From Pseudoalteromonas tetraodonis (GTDB lineage Bacteria; Pseudomonadota; Gammaproteobacteria; Enterobacterales; Alteromonadaceae): a stretch of 32,000 nt of DNA. The position numbers and the translations under genes are program-made. This document shows, piece after piece, positions 17,201-27,378 of the stretch. How positions within the stretch are numbered: the stretch's first letter is position 1; every line of letters starts with the position of its first letter. Location: the NCBI RefSeq assembly GCF_002310835.1, contig NZ_CP011041.1:1500001-1532000 (forward strand), given 5' to 3'. The notes under the pieces were generated by a model that had not been told where the DNA came from, did no database searches, and was given only the letters and a program-made list of their open reading frames with translations.

Positions 17201-17284
17201 ATTAACTGCTTAATTAAATATTTATAAAGATGTCCCACTATACCATTGTAAAACACAAAGGCGCAGTGGGAATGAGGTGTGCGT

Positions 17285-17309
17285 CGGTTAACTCAAGTTG
17301 AGTTAACCG
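17285..17309 (-). terminator. Palindromic hairpin 2 nt after the PsiE-like stop
   Basis: cggttaactc (17285-17294) / gagttaaccg (17300-17309) forms a 10-bp stem with a 5-nt loop. Confidence 0.5.
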
Positions 17310-17310
17310 T

Positions 17311-17766
17311 TTATAGCTTAGTGTGGCCGGTTTTATTTTTTACCAGCCAATACGATATACCCAGTGCTAAGGTAACTAACGCCAGGCCAACAATTTGCTC
17401 TGAGGTCACTAATTTTAAATCGAGGACAATAATTTTACGCGCCACAGCCATCAGTGCGGTAGCAATAACAAGTTCAACGGGCAGCGAGCTAGAGCCCAAA
17501 TATAACCGAATGTTAGTAAATATTTCTACCGCAATTAGCACCACCATAAAGGCACCAAAGGTTTGCAGAATGTCTTCAATATTTAATAAAAAATAAGGCG
17601 GAGAACTTAACCGCATGTATAAAACATACACTACATCAGCAATACTCCAAAAAATAACCAGCACCATGAGCACTGCCAGTATTTTAATTGCAAAGCGAAT
17701 AGCATGATGTAAATACTGCATCAGGGGATCAACATGATCCTCTGGTAATTCTTCGTGTTTCTTCAT
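17311..17766 (-). CDS. PsiE-family (phosphate-starvation-inducible-like) membrane protein
   Basis: The 151-aa protein has 4 TM segments. The segment AVEIFTNI...PVELVIATALMAVARKIIVLD resembles the PsiE family core (from memory). Confidence 0.55.
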   Translation of the reverse strand: MKKHEELPEDHVDPLMQYLHHAIRFAIKILAVLMVLVIFWSIADVVYVLYMRLSSPPYFLLNIEDILQTFGAFMVVLIAVEIFTNIRLYLGSSSLPVELVIATALMAVARKIIVLDLKLVTSEQIVGLALVTLALGISYWLVKNKTGHTKL

Positions 17767-18046
17767 GTTATTTCAGCACCTTATTGATTAAATTAGCCTT
17801 TATAAAATGATAGCTGATTAATTATGTTTAGCACTATATACGGTCAAAACAGTATAAGTGATTATTTTTATTAAAATAGTGTGCTTGAACAGGGGACTTG
17901 TTTGGTGTGGGTTAAATTCTAAGTAAAATTCAAGGTGTTAATAATATGTAATTAAGCGTGTGATTTTTAGTGTCTATCTCAAAAGGTTTGCGGTTATTGG
18001 TTTCTGCTGTCATGTTGGTGGCATTCATTATGAGGATAACAATGCT

Positions 18047-19441
18047 ATGTCTAATTTAGGTTTAAAGTTCGTTAATCGACTTATAAAGTATGGTGTGTTG
18101 GCATCATTAAGTTCTGTAACGCTTACAAGCTTTGCTGGCGAGTCTACACAACAAGCATCATTGCATAAAATTGCACAAGAAATTTCGGCGCAGCGTATTG
18201 AGAGTGATATTCAAACGCTGGTGGGTTTTGGTACGCGACATACGCTATCAGAGACTAAGTCTGATACACGTGGTATTGGCGCGGCAAGGCGTTGGATTAA
18301 AAAAGAATTTGAAGCGATTTCGGCACAATGTGGTGGCTGCTTAGAAATAATAGAGGTAAAACAAACCATTTCGGGAGAAAAGCGCATTCCTAACCCTGTA
18401 GAAGTGGTTAACATAATTGCGATTCAGCGCGGCAGTACTGAGCCTAATCGTATGGTGATGATGTCGGGTGATATAGACTCGCGCGTTAGTGATGTAATGG
18501 ATTTTACCAGCGATGCGCCAGGGGCAAACGATAACGCTTCAGGGGTTGCCGGTGTTATTGAGGCAGCGCGTGTTTTATCGAAATATACATTTAATGGCTC
18601 GGTTGTTTACGCGGCGCTCTCAGGTGAAGAGCAAGGTTTATTTGGCGGTAAAATTTTAACCGCTTATGCGCAAAAAAATAATTGGCAGGTTCATGGTGTT
18701 TTAAATAACGACATGATTGGTAATATTACCGGTATTAATGGCGTAACCGATAACACCACTGCACGCATTTTTTCAGAAGGGACGCGAGTGGTTGAAACCA
18801 AAGAGCAAGCGCGTACTCGTCGTTTTACCGGTGGCGAAGTTGACTCAGCGAGTCGTAATTTAGCGCGTTACATAGACACCATTGCCGATAAATACATTGA
18901 AAATTTAGACACTATGCTGGTATACAGACTCGACCGATTTGCTCGAGGAGGGCATCATCGCCCATTTAATGATGCGGGCTTTGCGGCTGTACGTATAATG
19001 GAAACTAACGAGCATTACGACCGTCAACATCAAGACCTACGCACCGAAAATGGCATAGTGTACGGTGATACCATCGATGGGGTTGATTTTGATTACGCCG
19101 CAAAACTCACGTCATTGAATGCGGTGAGCCTAGCGTCAATGGCATGGGCACCAGCGCCACCGAAAGAAGTGAAAATTAGTGGTGCCGTACGCGCCAGTAC
19201 AACACTTTCTTGGCAACCATCGGAAGATAAAAATATTGCCGGTTACAAAATTTACTGGCGCTATACGAGTGAGCCACAATGGCAATACAGCCAATGGGTT
19301 GATAATGTTAGCGAGTTTACGCTTAAAAATGTGGTTATTGATAACTACTATTTTGGCGTTGCTAGCGTTAATAAACAGGGTGTTGAATCGCCAGTGGTGT
19401 TCCCCGGTGATGTGGGGTCGTTTGATCACAACATAAAATAA
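18047..19441 (+). CDS. M28 family metallopeptidase with C-terminal fibronectin type III-like domain
   Basis: Motifs GANDNASGVAGVIEAAR, SGEEQGLFG and NNDMIG match the M28 zinc-ligand and catalytic motifs. The C-terminus PAPPKEVKISG...LSWQPSEDKNIAGYKIYWR is Fn3-like. I chose the start at the internal ATG (MSNLGLKF..., signal peptide) with GAGGA at 18032-18036. The ORF track starts at 17960. Confidence 0.8.
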   Translation: MSNLGLKFVNRLIKYGVLASLSSVTLTSFAGESTQQASLHKIAQEISAQRIESDIQTLVGFGTRHTLSETKSDTRGIGAARRWIKKEFEAISAQCGGCLEIIEVKQTISGEKRIPNPVEVVNIIAIQRGSTEPNRMVMMSGDIDSRVSDVMDFTSDAPGANDNASGVAGVIEAARVLSKYTFNGSVVYAALSGEEQGLFGGKILTAYAQKNNWQVHGVLNNDMIGNITGINGVTDNTTARIFSEGTRVVETKEQARTRRFTGGEVDSASRNLARYIDTIADKYIENLDTMLVYRLDRFARGGHHRPFNDAGFAAVRIMETNEHYDRQHQDLRTENGIVYGDTIDGVDFDYAAKLTSLNAVSLASMAWAPAPPKEVKISGAVRASTTLSWQPSEDKNIAGYKIYWRYTSEPQWQYSQWVDNVSEFTLKNVVIDNYYFGVASVNKQGVESPVVFPGDVGSFDHNIK

Positions 19442-19560
19442 TCGGTTTGCTTAAAAACCCAGCAAACAGCTGCGAATAAGGTGTTAAGCACGCTATTTAT
19501 GCTTGCGCCTTATTTGTTATGCCCTTAAAGTGTAAACAAAGAAGTAAAAAGGTTATTAAA

Positions 19561-20007
19561 ATGCAGCAACAAGAACAAAAACCATTAACACCAGAGCAGC
19601 AAGCTGAACTTCAGCAACAAGAAATTCAATGGCAGCGCGAATGTTTTCAAAATGCGCAAAAACATTTAGCTGAAAAAGGCATTATGCCCAAAACATTGCT
19701 TGAAAAAGAAAGCCGTTTTTTAGCGCCTTTATGCGCGCTATGGAAATTTAAAGCGCAAAACGGTAAAAGCTACTGGGTGATCACCGGTCGTTTACCAACC
19801 GATCACGCTGAAGCATCTGCAGCAAAAGATGCACGCGATGCTATGCGTTATTTTTCACTGCAGTGGCAGTTAAAGGCCGATCAAATTATTACCGCGGGTG
19901 CGCGAGATAAAACCCAAGCTGATTTTGCAAATTTACTGATTAACCGTGCACATGGTTTATATGAAATGCATGAAAACGAGCAGCTTTGGGCAAAAGAACC
20001 CGCTTAA
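19561..20007 (+). CDS. Hypothetical cytoplasmic protein (possibly DUF4826-like, unverified)
   Basis: The ORF has a Gln-rich N-terminus and a conserved-looking WVITGRLPTDH segment. The ATG at 19561 is preceded by AAAAGG. The ORF track lists an earlier ATG at 19519. Confidence 0.5.
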   Translation: MQQQEQKPLTPEQQAELQQQEIQWQRECFQNAQKHLAEKGIMPKTLLEKESRFLAPLCALWKFKAQNGKSYWVITGRLPTDHAEASAAKDARDAMRYFSLQWQLKADQIITAGARDKTQADFANLLINRAHGLYEMHENEQLWAKEPA

Positions 20008-20029
20008 TAAATAAAAGTGAATACATTTA

Positions 20030-20065
20030 AAAAAACCTAACTTAGCGACGTAAGTTAGGTTTTTT
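20030..20065. terminator. Bidirectional rho-independent terminator
   Basis: The A-run plus cctaactta (20036-20044) pairs with taagttagg (20051-20059) plus tttttt. It lies between convergent genes. Confidence 0.8.
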
Positions 20066-20105
20066 GTTGGAACTTTCAGAATTAAGCTCGAAACATAAAT
20101 AGACT

Positions 20106-20573
20106 CTAATAAGCGCTATCTACGCGCACTGTGTTGTTGGTTAAATAAATAAGGCGTACATTATCACCTTGGTGAAAACGCATAGCGGGATCGCTGTCTT
20201 GTACCACCATAAATTGTTCACCACTTTCTACTTGTATAAGTAGTTCAACTAATTGGAGGTTTTCATAGCGTTGTGTCTGTTGCTGATTATGCGCAACATT
20301 ACCACCAATCACTGATCCTAAAATAGTCGCTACCGTGCGACCGCTGCCACCACCAAACTGGTTACCAATAACACCACCTAATAAGGCACCGCCAAAGGTT
20401 TTCCAGCCGTTGCTTTTATCGTGAACCAATTGTTGCTCTGTAATGTTGCGCACTGACTTCACTTTACCAAATAGTACTTGCTGCACAGGAACGGCTTTAT
20501 TGCGTTCATACTTGGCAAAAGTGGGGGCACTAAATATTAATAAAGTGCATAAAAATAAGCTAAGCGTTTTCAT
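20106..20573 (-). CDS. Glycine zipper 2TM domain protein (secreted or outer-membrane)
   Basis: Signal peptide MKTLSLFLCTLLIFSAPTFA|K and glycine-zipper GGALLGGVIGNQFGGGSGRTVATILGSVIGG. Confidence 0.7.
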   Translation of the reverse strand: MKTLSLFLCTLLIFSAPTFAKYERNKAVPVQQVLFGKVKSVRNITEQQLVHDKSNGWKTFGGALLGGVIGNQFGGGSGRTVATILGSVIGGNVAHNQQQTQRYENLQLVELLIQVESGEQFMVVQDSDPAMRFHQGDNVRLIYLTNNTVRVDSAY

Positions 20574-20589
20574 GGTTCGCTCCTGTTAG

Positions 20590-21210
20590 TTACCAACCAA
20601 AGGTAGATTTTTCACGGGTTTTACGAATTTCAGTTTCGTCAGCCCATTCAACAAGGCCACTTTGCATATCCATTAAGCGCATTGTAAATTTGTAGTACAC
20701 ATCGGCTTTGTCAGCATTGGATTTAACAATGCTCGACAGGTTACCGTACAGCATATATTGTGCGCCAATTTGTTTACCAAAGGCCACCGCAGTGCTTGGA
20801 TTGATCAGTGCATCTTCATTTTGAAATGTAAGTTGTTCACGAACCGCTTCTACACGGGTCATATCAACAAATCTAAATTTTCCACTGCGAAGTAATTGAG
20901 TCGAAATTGAGTCGGTAATTGACTCAGTGTCTATGTGTTCACTGGTTTTGTTTTTAATACGCTCAACAAATACCACAGGGCGTGTATTGGCAGTCATAGT
21001 ACCAACCACTGGCGAACTGAGCAGTGAGTCGGTCATTTGCGAGGCTACTTTTTGTAGGTCGGTAGAGCCAAAGTTTATATCTGTGGTTTCTACGGCTTGG
21101 GCATCACCATAACTAACGACTGCTTTATTAGCACAGCCGTTTAGTGTGAGTGCGGCTAAGCCTAAAATTGCATAGCCAGAGAGTGATTTAAATTGTTTAT
21201 TGATCATCAT
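20590..21210 (-). CDS. lpoB: Penicillin-binding protein activator LpoB-like lipoprotein
   Basis: Lipobox LTLNGC. Length is 206 aa (E. coli LpoB is 213 aa). It sits directly downstream of a ycfL-like gene, as in E. coli. It has a C-terminal globular domain with KNKT...D and YMLYGNL segments. Confidence 0.65.
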   Translation of the reverse strand: MMINKQFKSLSGYAILGLAALTLNGCANKAVVSYGDAQAVETTDINFGSTDLQKVASQMTDSLLSSPVVGTMTANTRPVVFVERIKNKTSEHIDTESITDSISTQLLRSGKFRFVDMTRVEAVREQLTFQNEDALINPSTAVAFGKQIGAQYMLYGNLSSIVKSNADKADVYYKFTMRLMDMQSGLVEWADETEIRKTREKSTFGW

Positions 21211-21218
21211 GGTTTCCT

Positions 21219-21644
21219 TTAATCTTTAAATTCTTGAGCTTCAGTAGACACTTCTCTTACAGCTAAAGAGAAAGTAACGGCATTAGGGCTAGGCGCGAGT
21301 CCTGCAAGCTGAGTTTTAGCAAAGCCAAATAATGTGAGGGCTTGCCACGGCGAGTGGTTGCCTTTAATTACAAAGCCATCTTTATCAAACCAGTTAAATT
21401 GATACTGTAAATATTGTGACTTTTTATAGGTACTTGCCAAGGTGACTACCACGTCGGTTAGGTTATTTGTTTGACGAGTTTTTACATCACTGATTAATAG
21501 CTTTTTTGCTAACTGTGGATTGTTAACATTGAGCTGCTCTTTGTAGGCATTGGTAGTTTGTTCAACTCCAATGCCTGAGGTTACAGGTCGACTGCTACAT
21601 GCACTAAGCATAAACAACGCAATAATGGGGAGTATGTATTTCAT
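21219..21644 (-). CDS. ycfL: YcfL-like lipoprotein (DUF1425-like)
   Basis: Lipobox FMLSAC, small size (141 aa) and a position immediately upstream of lpoB. The assignment rests mainly on synteny. Confidence 0.5.
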   Translation of the reverse strand: MKYILPIIALFMLSACSSRPVTSGIGVEQTTNAYKEQLNVNNPQLAKKLLISDVKTRQTNNLTDVVVTLASTYKKSQYLQYQFNWFDKDGFVIKGNHSPWQALTLFGFAKTQLAGLAPSPNAVTFSLAVREVSTEAQEFKD

Positions 21645-21652
21645 GATGGCTC

Positions 21653-23023
21653 CTAAAGTTGCACTACATGGGAGTTAAAATAGTTATTAACAGAGGTTAG
21701 GTAGATTAACGTTAACCTTTGCTTACTAACGGTAAAATTTATTGGCGGTTGTGAGCCAACATTTAAGGTATGTTCTCCTGCAGTCACTGCACTGCGGGCA
21801 AGGCTAATTTGATTGGGTAAGGTAAGCCAGCTGCGGGTATCGGCTTGCTCAGATGCAAGATTATATAAGTTTGCTAAAATATTCCCCACATCACCGCCAC
21901 TGCGGGCAAGCTCAGCGCGCAGCTTTTCTTTCGCCACTAAGCGCAATATTTGCCTCGATACGCGCCCAGCAACTTGCTGCTCTAGCGTTTTAGCGGCCAG
22001 TGCTTCTAAGTGTACTAACGGGCTTAGTGATAATACGTGGTCATTAATTTTGACGTTGTTAACGGTGCTTACATAAGCATTATTTATATAAATGGGCATG
22101 GCGAGACTATAAAAGCGGGCGTCTCCCTGTGAAGTATAAATGGGTAATCGTAATTTAAATTCGTGTTGTTTTGGTATCAGGCCTTGTTCGAATAATATAA
22201 CCACTTCGCCTTGGTTTTTTTCTAAGGTGTTAACTTCACCAAACTGGCGTTTAAATTGGTTATAGTCATCAGCAAAACCTTGCTGCTTAGCAAGACGCAG
22301 TACATCGTGTTGTAAATACGGATTGTTAGGTTGTATTTCGAGCGCTTTTTTATAGTCTATGTAGGCATCATCACCTTGCTTTGCCGTTTCATATAGTAAC
22401 CCTGATAAATAAAACGTGTACGCATTTTGAAAGCCATTTTTGACCGAGCGAATTAAGTTATCCATATCGGGATAGTGTTGCTGTGCTTGGGCAACCGCAT
22501 TATCAAATTCGCTTTGATTATTTAATAGTTCATCAACTTGTACTTTATTAGCACGGCGTATTTCAACTAAGGCGCTTTCAATATCATGTTTATAAACATA
22601 ATTGAGCGCTTTGTAGCTATGCAACATACTCATTTCGTAGGCGGGCGGTGTATAACCAATAGCTGAGTCGTTGGTTAACAGCGCATTACTTTGCTCAAGC
22701 CCAGCACTTACTTGTATTTTTGCAGCTTGGCGCTTAGATTGCATTTGTTGATAGACAGTTTCAAAATGAACTAGTGCGTTATCGGGGTTGTTGGCTAAAT
22801 CCGCGATACGGCCTTGTTCTAATTGGCTCAGTAAATAATTACTGTGTGTTTTGCTGTTTTTGCTTATTAAGGAGCGTGCACTCTCAATATTATTATTCGT
22901 AATGGCTTGTCTAATAGGGGTGGTATTAGTGGCGTAATCATTAAAGAGATCGTCAAAGCCAATGGTGCTGCAACCACTTACAATAAAGCAAAGACTAAAA
23001 ATTAAAATGTGACGCACGCGCAC
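21653..23023 (-). CDS. Lipoprotein with TPR-like repeats (COG3014-like), function unknown
   Basis: Lipobox FIVSGC. The 456-aa protein has helical repeat segments (e.g. YLSGLLYETAKQGDDAYIDYKKALEIQPNNPY). It is the first gene of a 4-gene lipoprotein operon. Confidence 0.5.
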   Translation of the reverse strand: MRVRHILIFSLCFIVSGCSTIGFDDLFNDYATNTTPIRQAITNNNIESARSLISKNSKTHSNYLLSQLEQGRIADLANNPDNALVHFETVYQQMQSKRQAAKIQVSAGLEQSNALLTNDSAIGYTPPAYEMSMLHSYKALNYVYKHDIESALVEIRRANKVQVDELLNNQSEFDNAVAQAQQHYPDMDNLIRSVKNGFQNAYTFYLSGLLYETAKQGDDAYIDYKKALEIQPNNPYLQHDVLRLAKQQGFADDYNQFKRQFGEVNTLEKNQGEVVILFEQGLIPKQHEFKLRLPIYTSQGDARFYSLAMPIYINNAYVSTVNNVKINDHVLSLSPLVHLEALAAKTLEQQVAGRVSRQILRLVAKEKLRAELARSGGDVGNILANLYNLASEQADTRSWLTLPNQISLARSAVTAGEHTLNVGSQPPINFTVSKQRLTLIYLTSVNNYFNSHVVQL

Positions 23024-23233
23024 TCCTTCTTATTTATTCTGTAAGGTTAACATACTGCCAATAAATACAAGTGTGAAAGATTGTAAAAAAGCGTAGTGTA
23101 TAAACATAGAACAAAAACCCTTAATAAAAACTTTATCATTTAAAAAATAACCATGGTAACGTTTACAACATTGGGCGTTAATTTAATCGGTATATAAATA
23201 CGGTACATATTTATCAATACGTTAGGAATTAAT

Positions 23234-24109
23234 TTGAAAGCAACACTGTTTACTATTATCGCGTTAGTTGCCTTTGCTGCAAATTCGTTATTATGTCGGT
23301 TAGCGTTGGCGCAAGGCTTCATTGATGCGTGGAATTTTACCGTTATTAGGTTACTGAGCGGGGCAGTGTGTTTGACCATTATTATGCTGCTCTATACTAG
23401 GCAGTTAAATAAAAAAGCGCAGTTAAGTAATCCTATTATTAACGATACTGGCAGTTGGCGAAGCAGTGCTAGCTTATTGATATATGCGCTGTGTTTTTCT
23501 GTTGCTTATATCGAGCTTGATACCGGCATGGGGGCGCTTATTTTATTCTCGGCGGTGCAATTTACAATGATTGGCTGGGGCATATATAAACAAGAGCGTT
23601 TAAGTGCTGTGCAATGGCTTGCATTTATAGTGGCGTTTGCGGCATTTGTTTACTTAATGCTGCCCTCACAGACAGCACCACCGCTGATGGCTGCATTATT
23701 AATGAGTATAAGTGGCATTGCGTGGGGAATTTACAGTATTCGTGGCAAGGCGTGTGTGTCGCCGCTAAGAGCCACTACCTTTAATTTTATTCGTAGTTTA
23801 TTAGTGCTACCTATTTTAATTGTGGTGGGAATGAGCCAGCTTAAAAATATACGTATCGAAGGGGCGTTACTTGCAATAGCCTCAGGTGCCATCGCATCTG
23901 GCGTAGGGTACAGTATTTGGTATATGGCTATGCCACTATTAAAGAGCACGCATGCAGCCATAGTGCAGTTATGCGTACCCGTTTTGGCGGCTATTGCAGG
24001 GGCAGTGTTTTTATCAGAGACATTAACTGTACAATTTATGCTCCCCAGCAGTATCATTTTACTAGCGGTATTAGTTTTTACTTTAAATAAAAAGACTAAA
24101 ACTGCCTAG
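23234..24109 (+). CDS. EamA/DMT family transporter
   Basis: 10-TM pattern with duplicated EamA halves. TTG start with AGGAA 6 nt upstream. Confidence 0.75.
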   Translation: MKATLFTIIALVAFAANSLLCRLALAQGFIDAWNFTVIRLLSGAVCLTIIMLLYTRQLNKKAQLSNPIINDTGSWRSSASLLIYALCFSVAYIELDTGMGALILFSAVQFTMIGWGIYKQERLSAVQWLAFIVAFAAFVYLMLPSQTAPPLMAALLMSISGIAWGIYSIRGKACVSPLRATTFNFIRSLLVLPILIVVGMSQLKNIRIEGALLAIASGAIASGVGYSIWYMAMPLLKSTHAAIVQLCVPVLAAIAGAVFLSETLTVQFMLPSSIILLAVLVFTLNKKTKTA

Positions 24110-24790
24110 CTGGTGGACTTACATTGATCACAAAGCGTTCATACAATGCAGGTAAGTGGGTTAAAATAGCGTCTTTACCTAATAAATCACTGTTTTTAAT
24201 GCAGTCGTGCAACACTTCTGGCGTAAGGTGGCGAATAAGCTGCGCTGATTGCGCTATGTGGCTAATATGCCAAAGCTCAGGAGCTACCCCGCCCAAGTCA
24301 TACTGGTAAGGTCGATAAAACCCAAATTCTGCTAGATGAGTGTCTAGCCATTGGCTTAGTTTAGCAAAAGGCCCACCTTGCTGATATTCAGTAGGGCTCA
24401 ATTGCAAAACATAATCGTCACTCACTGCGCCTTTATCGTAAATATCTAAATCAGTCCCTAAATGATGGCGACTCGCCCCCGGTAGCGCAGAATAAAGCAT
24501 GATGGCAATGCATTTATCAATATCACTGAGCGAATTAATATCAACGTGTTGCTGCGCTTTGTTTAATACCGGCCGCTTAGCGGAAAATTTAGCGTTCCAA
24601 ATAGCTGATTGACGGTTAAAATCCCGAAAACTTGATGCAATACATAAATCAAAGCCTGCTGATGAAGCCGCTGTTTGCAGTGCAATAAAGTCATTTACAA
24701 TATCGGCATGCAAAGAGTGATTTTGTATGGCAACTAAATGTGCATCACTTTGGCCAGTGATGCATTGTATGAGTTCTTTATTTGCAGTCA

Positions 24791-24791
<1 letters not shown>
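24096..24791 (-). CDS. M15-family (VanY-like) D-Ala-D-Ala / peptidoglycan carboxypeptidase
   Basis: Motifs SSFRDFNRQ, SRHHLGTDLD (H-x-x-x-x-x-D zinc site) and PELWH (E-x-x-H). The start overlaps the dapE stop by 1 nt. Confidence 0.75.
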
Positions 24792-26265
<1,474 letters not shown>

Positions 26266-26269
26266 AAAT

Positions 26270-26767
26270 CTACTTCTTTTTAATAATAGTTAATAAGGTA
26301 TCTACACCGGCATTAACTTGCGGGTGAGAATAATGAAAAGTGCCTAAATTATGGCCATTGAGAATTATGAGGCTGGCTAAAATAGGCGAGTCGAGCTCAC
26401 GTAAATCAAAATAGGCAAGGCGTTGGCCTTTGGTTATTTTGCTGTCGTTAAGCTGAGCAATATGAGTATGCGTAAGTGTTTGTGAATCGGGCACCGCTAG
26501 GTTTATTAATACTTTTAAGCCGTTGTTGGCTTTTAAAATAAATTCACAACCGGCACTTTTTACCTGCAGTAAGGTGCCATTGAAGGGCGCTAATACTTTA
26601 TGACTCGATAAACTAACAACAATACCTGGGCCGAGTGTGCCAAAACGAAAAAAGGGTTGTGGATGCTCTTCCATTGGCATCACTTTACCACTGAACGGAC
26701 TCGTGATTTGTATCGCGTTTCGGCCAATTTTATTTTTAGTTAAATAGCTAACGTCTTCAGATTTCAT
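26270..26767 (-). CDS. PTS EIIA-Glc-fold protein lacking both catalytic histidines
   Basis: Ungapped alignment to E. coli Crr: SPFSGKV..P..FF...LGPGIVV....KVLAPFNGTL vs APLSGEI..P..VF...VGDGIAI....KMVAPVDGTI. Crr H75 aligns to Cys and H90 aligns to Asn. Confidence 0.7.
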   Translation of the reverse strand: MKSEDVSYLTKNKIGRNAIQITSPFSGKVMPMEEHPQPFFRFGTLGPGIVVSLSSHKVLAPFNGTLLQVKSAGCEFILKANNGLKVLINLAVPDSQTLTHTHIAQLNDSKITKGQRLAYFDLRELDSPILASLIILNGHNLGTFHYSHPQVNAGVDTLLTIIKKK

Positions 26768-26770
26768 TAT

Positions 26771-27157
26771 TTATTCAGTTACCACGTTGTAGCCATCGGC
26801 TTTAAGGGCTGTAATTGCTTTGGTGACCGTTTGTTTTTTTACTAAAATATAGTCGGTATCATATGTGGATATCGAAAAAATGGACACGCCAGCTCTGGCT
26901 AATACGCCTGACAGATTTGCCATAATGCCAGTTAACGAAAACCCTAAAGGACCTATTACTTCCAGTGCTTGCCAATTAGATTCAGTGTCTTGGCTATCAA
27001 TAATAAAGTCGACAGGGCAAACAACTGACAGTTCATCATGCGTTTTTGAGATAAAAAATAACGGTTGCTTTAACAGCGCAGGCGGTATGTCAGCATCAAG
27101 GGCTAAACTATGAATAGATAACACGGTGCTGTGTAATTGTAATGTTTGTTTTGACAT
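26771..27157 (-). CDS. ACT domain-containing protein (ACT_7/CASTOR-like)
   Basis: ELSVVCP...W.ALEVIGPLGFSLTGIMANLSGVLARAGVSIFSISTYDTDYILV is typical of small ACT-domain proteins. I chose the ATG at 27157 (MSKQTLQLH). The ORF track extends to a TTG at 27178. Confidence 0.65.
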   Translation of the reverse strand: MSKQTLQLHSTVLSIHSLALDADIPPALLKQPLFFISKTHDELSVVCPVDFIIDSQDTESNWQALEVIGPLGFSLTGIMANLSGVLARAGVSIFSISTYDTDYILVKKQTVTKAITALKADGYNVVTE

Positions 27158-27264
27158 TAAACGTATCGCCAGCAGCAAAATAATAGCTTTATAGTATAGA
27201 GTATTGAAGCTAAATTAAAGGCTCAAGTTTAGGCAGTGCTATATTTTTATTAGCTAAAAAATAA

Positions 27265-27287
27265 TTGTCCACAATTTCTGTGGATAA
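27265..27287. promoter_or_regulatory. Inverted pair of DnaA boxes
   Basis: The sequence is TTGTCCACA-atttc-TGTGGATAA. The right arm read on the minus strand is TTATCCACA, a perfect match to the E. coli R1/R4 consensus. The left arm is 8/9. It lies about 90-110 nt upstream of the ACT-domain gene and downstream of pta. Confidence 0.45.
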
Positions 27288-27309
27288 GCTTGGGGGTTGT
27301 GAGGTATAA

Positions 27310-27351
27310 ATAGCCTAACCAGTTAATTATTAAATAAAAAATGGCTAGGCT
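27310..27351 (-). terminator. Candidate pta terminator hairpin
   Basis: On the minus-strand RNA, tagcctagcca pairs with tggttaggcta (11 bp including one G-U). The loop is 20 nt and AT-rich, and ttta follows. Confidence 0.4.
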
Positions 27352-27378
27352 ATAAAAAGGGCATGTTAATTACAGGCC

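Noticed and set aside
17279-17596. Plus-strand ORF 17279..17596 overlapping the PsiE-like gene
   Set aside because: It is antisense to a membrane protein with a recognisable family core, and its start lies inside the terminator hairpin.
18132-19436. Short ORFs on both strands within the M28 peptidase gene (18132..18344, 18211..18414, 19136..19429, 19179..19436)
   Set aside because: They are alternative-frame or antisense shadows of a gene with clear M28 and Fn3 signatures.
20927-22076. Plus-strand ORFs 20927..21112 and 21813..22076 inside the lpoB-like and TPR-lipoprotein genes
   Set aside because: They are antisense to genes of the four-gene lipoprotein operon and have no independent support. 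They are shadow ORFs.
23140-23379. Minus-strand 79-aa ORF spanning the promoter and start of the EamA transporter gene
   Set aside because: It has no SD, overlaps the better-supported plus-strand transporter, and its composition is that of an AT-rich intergenic region.
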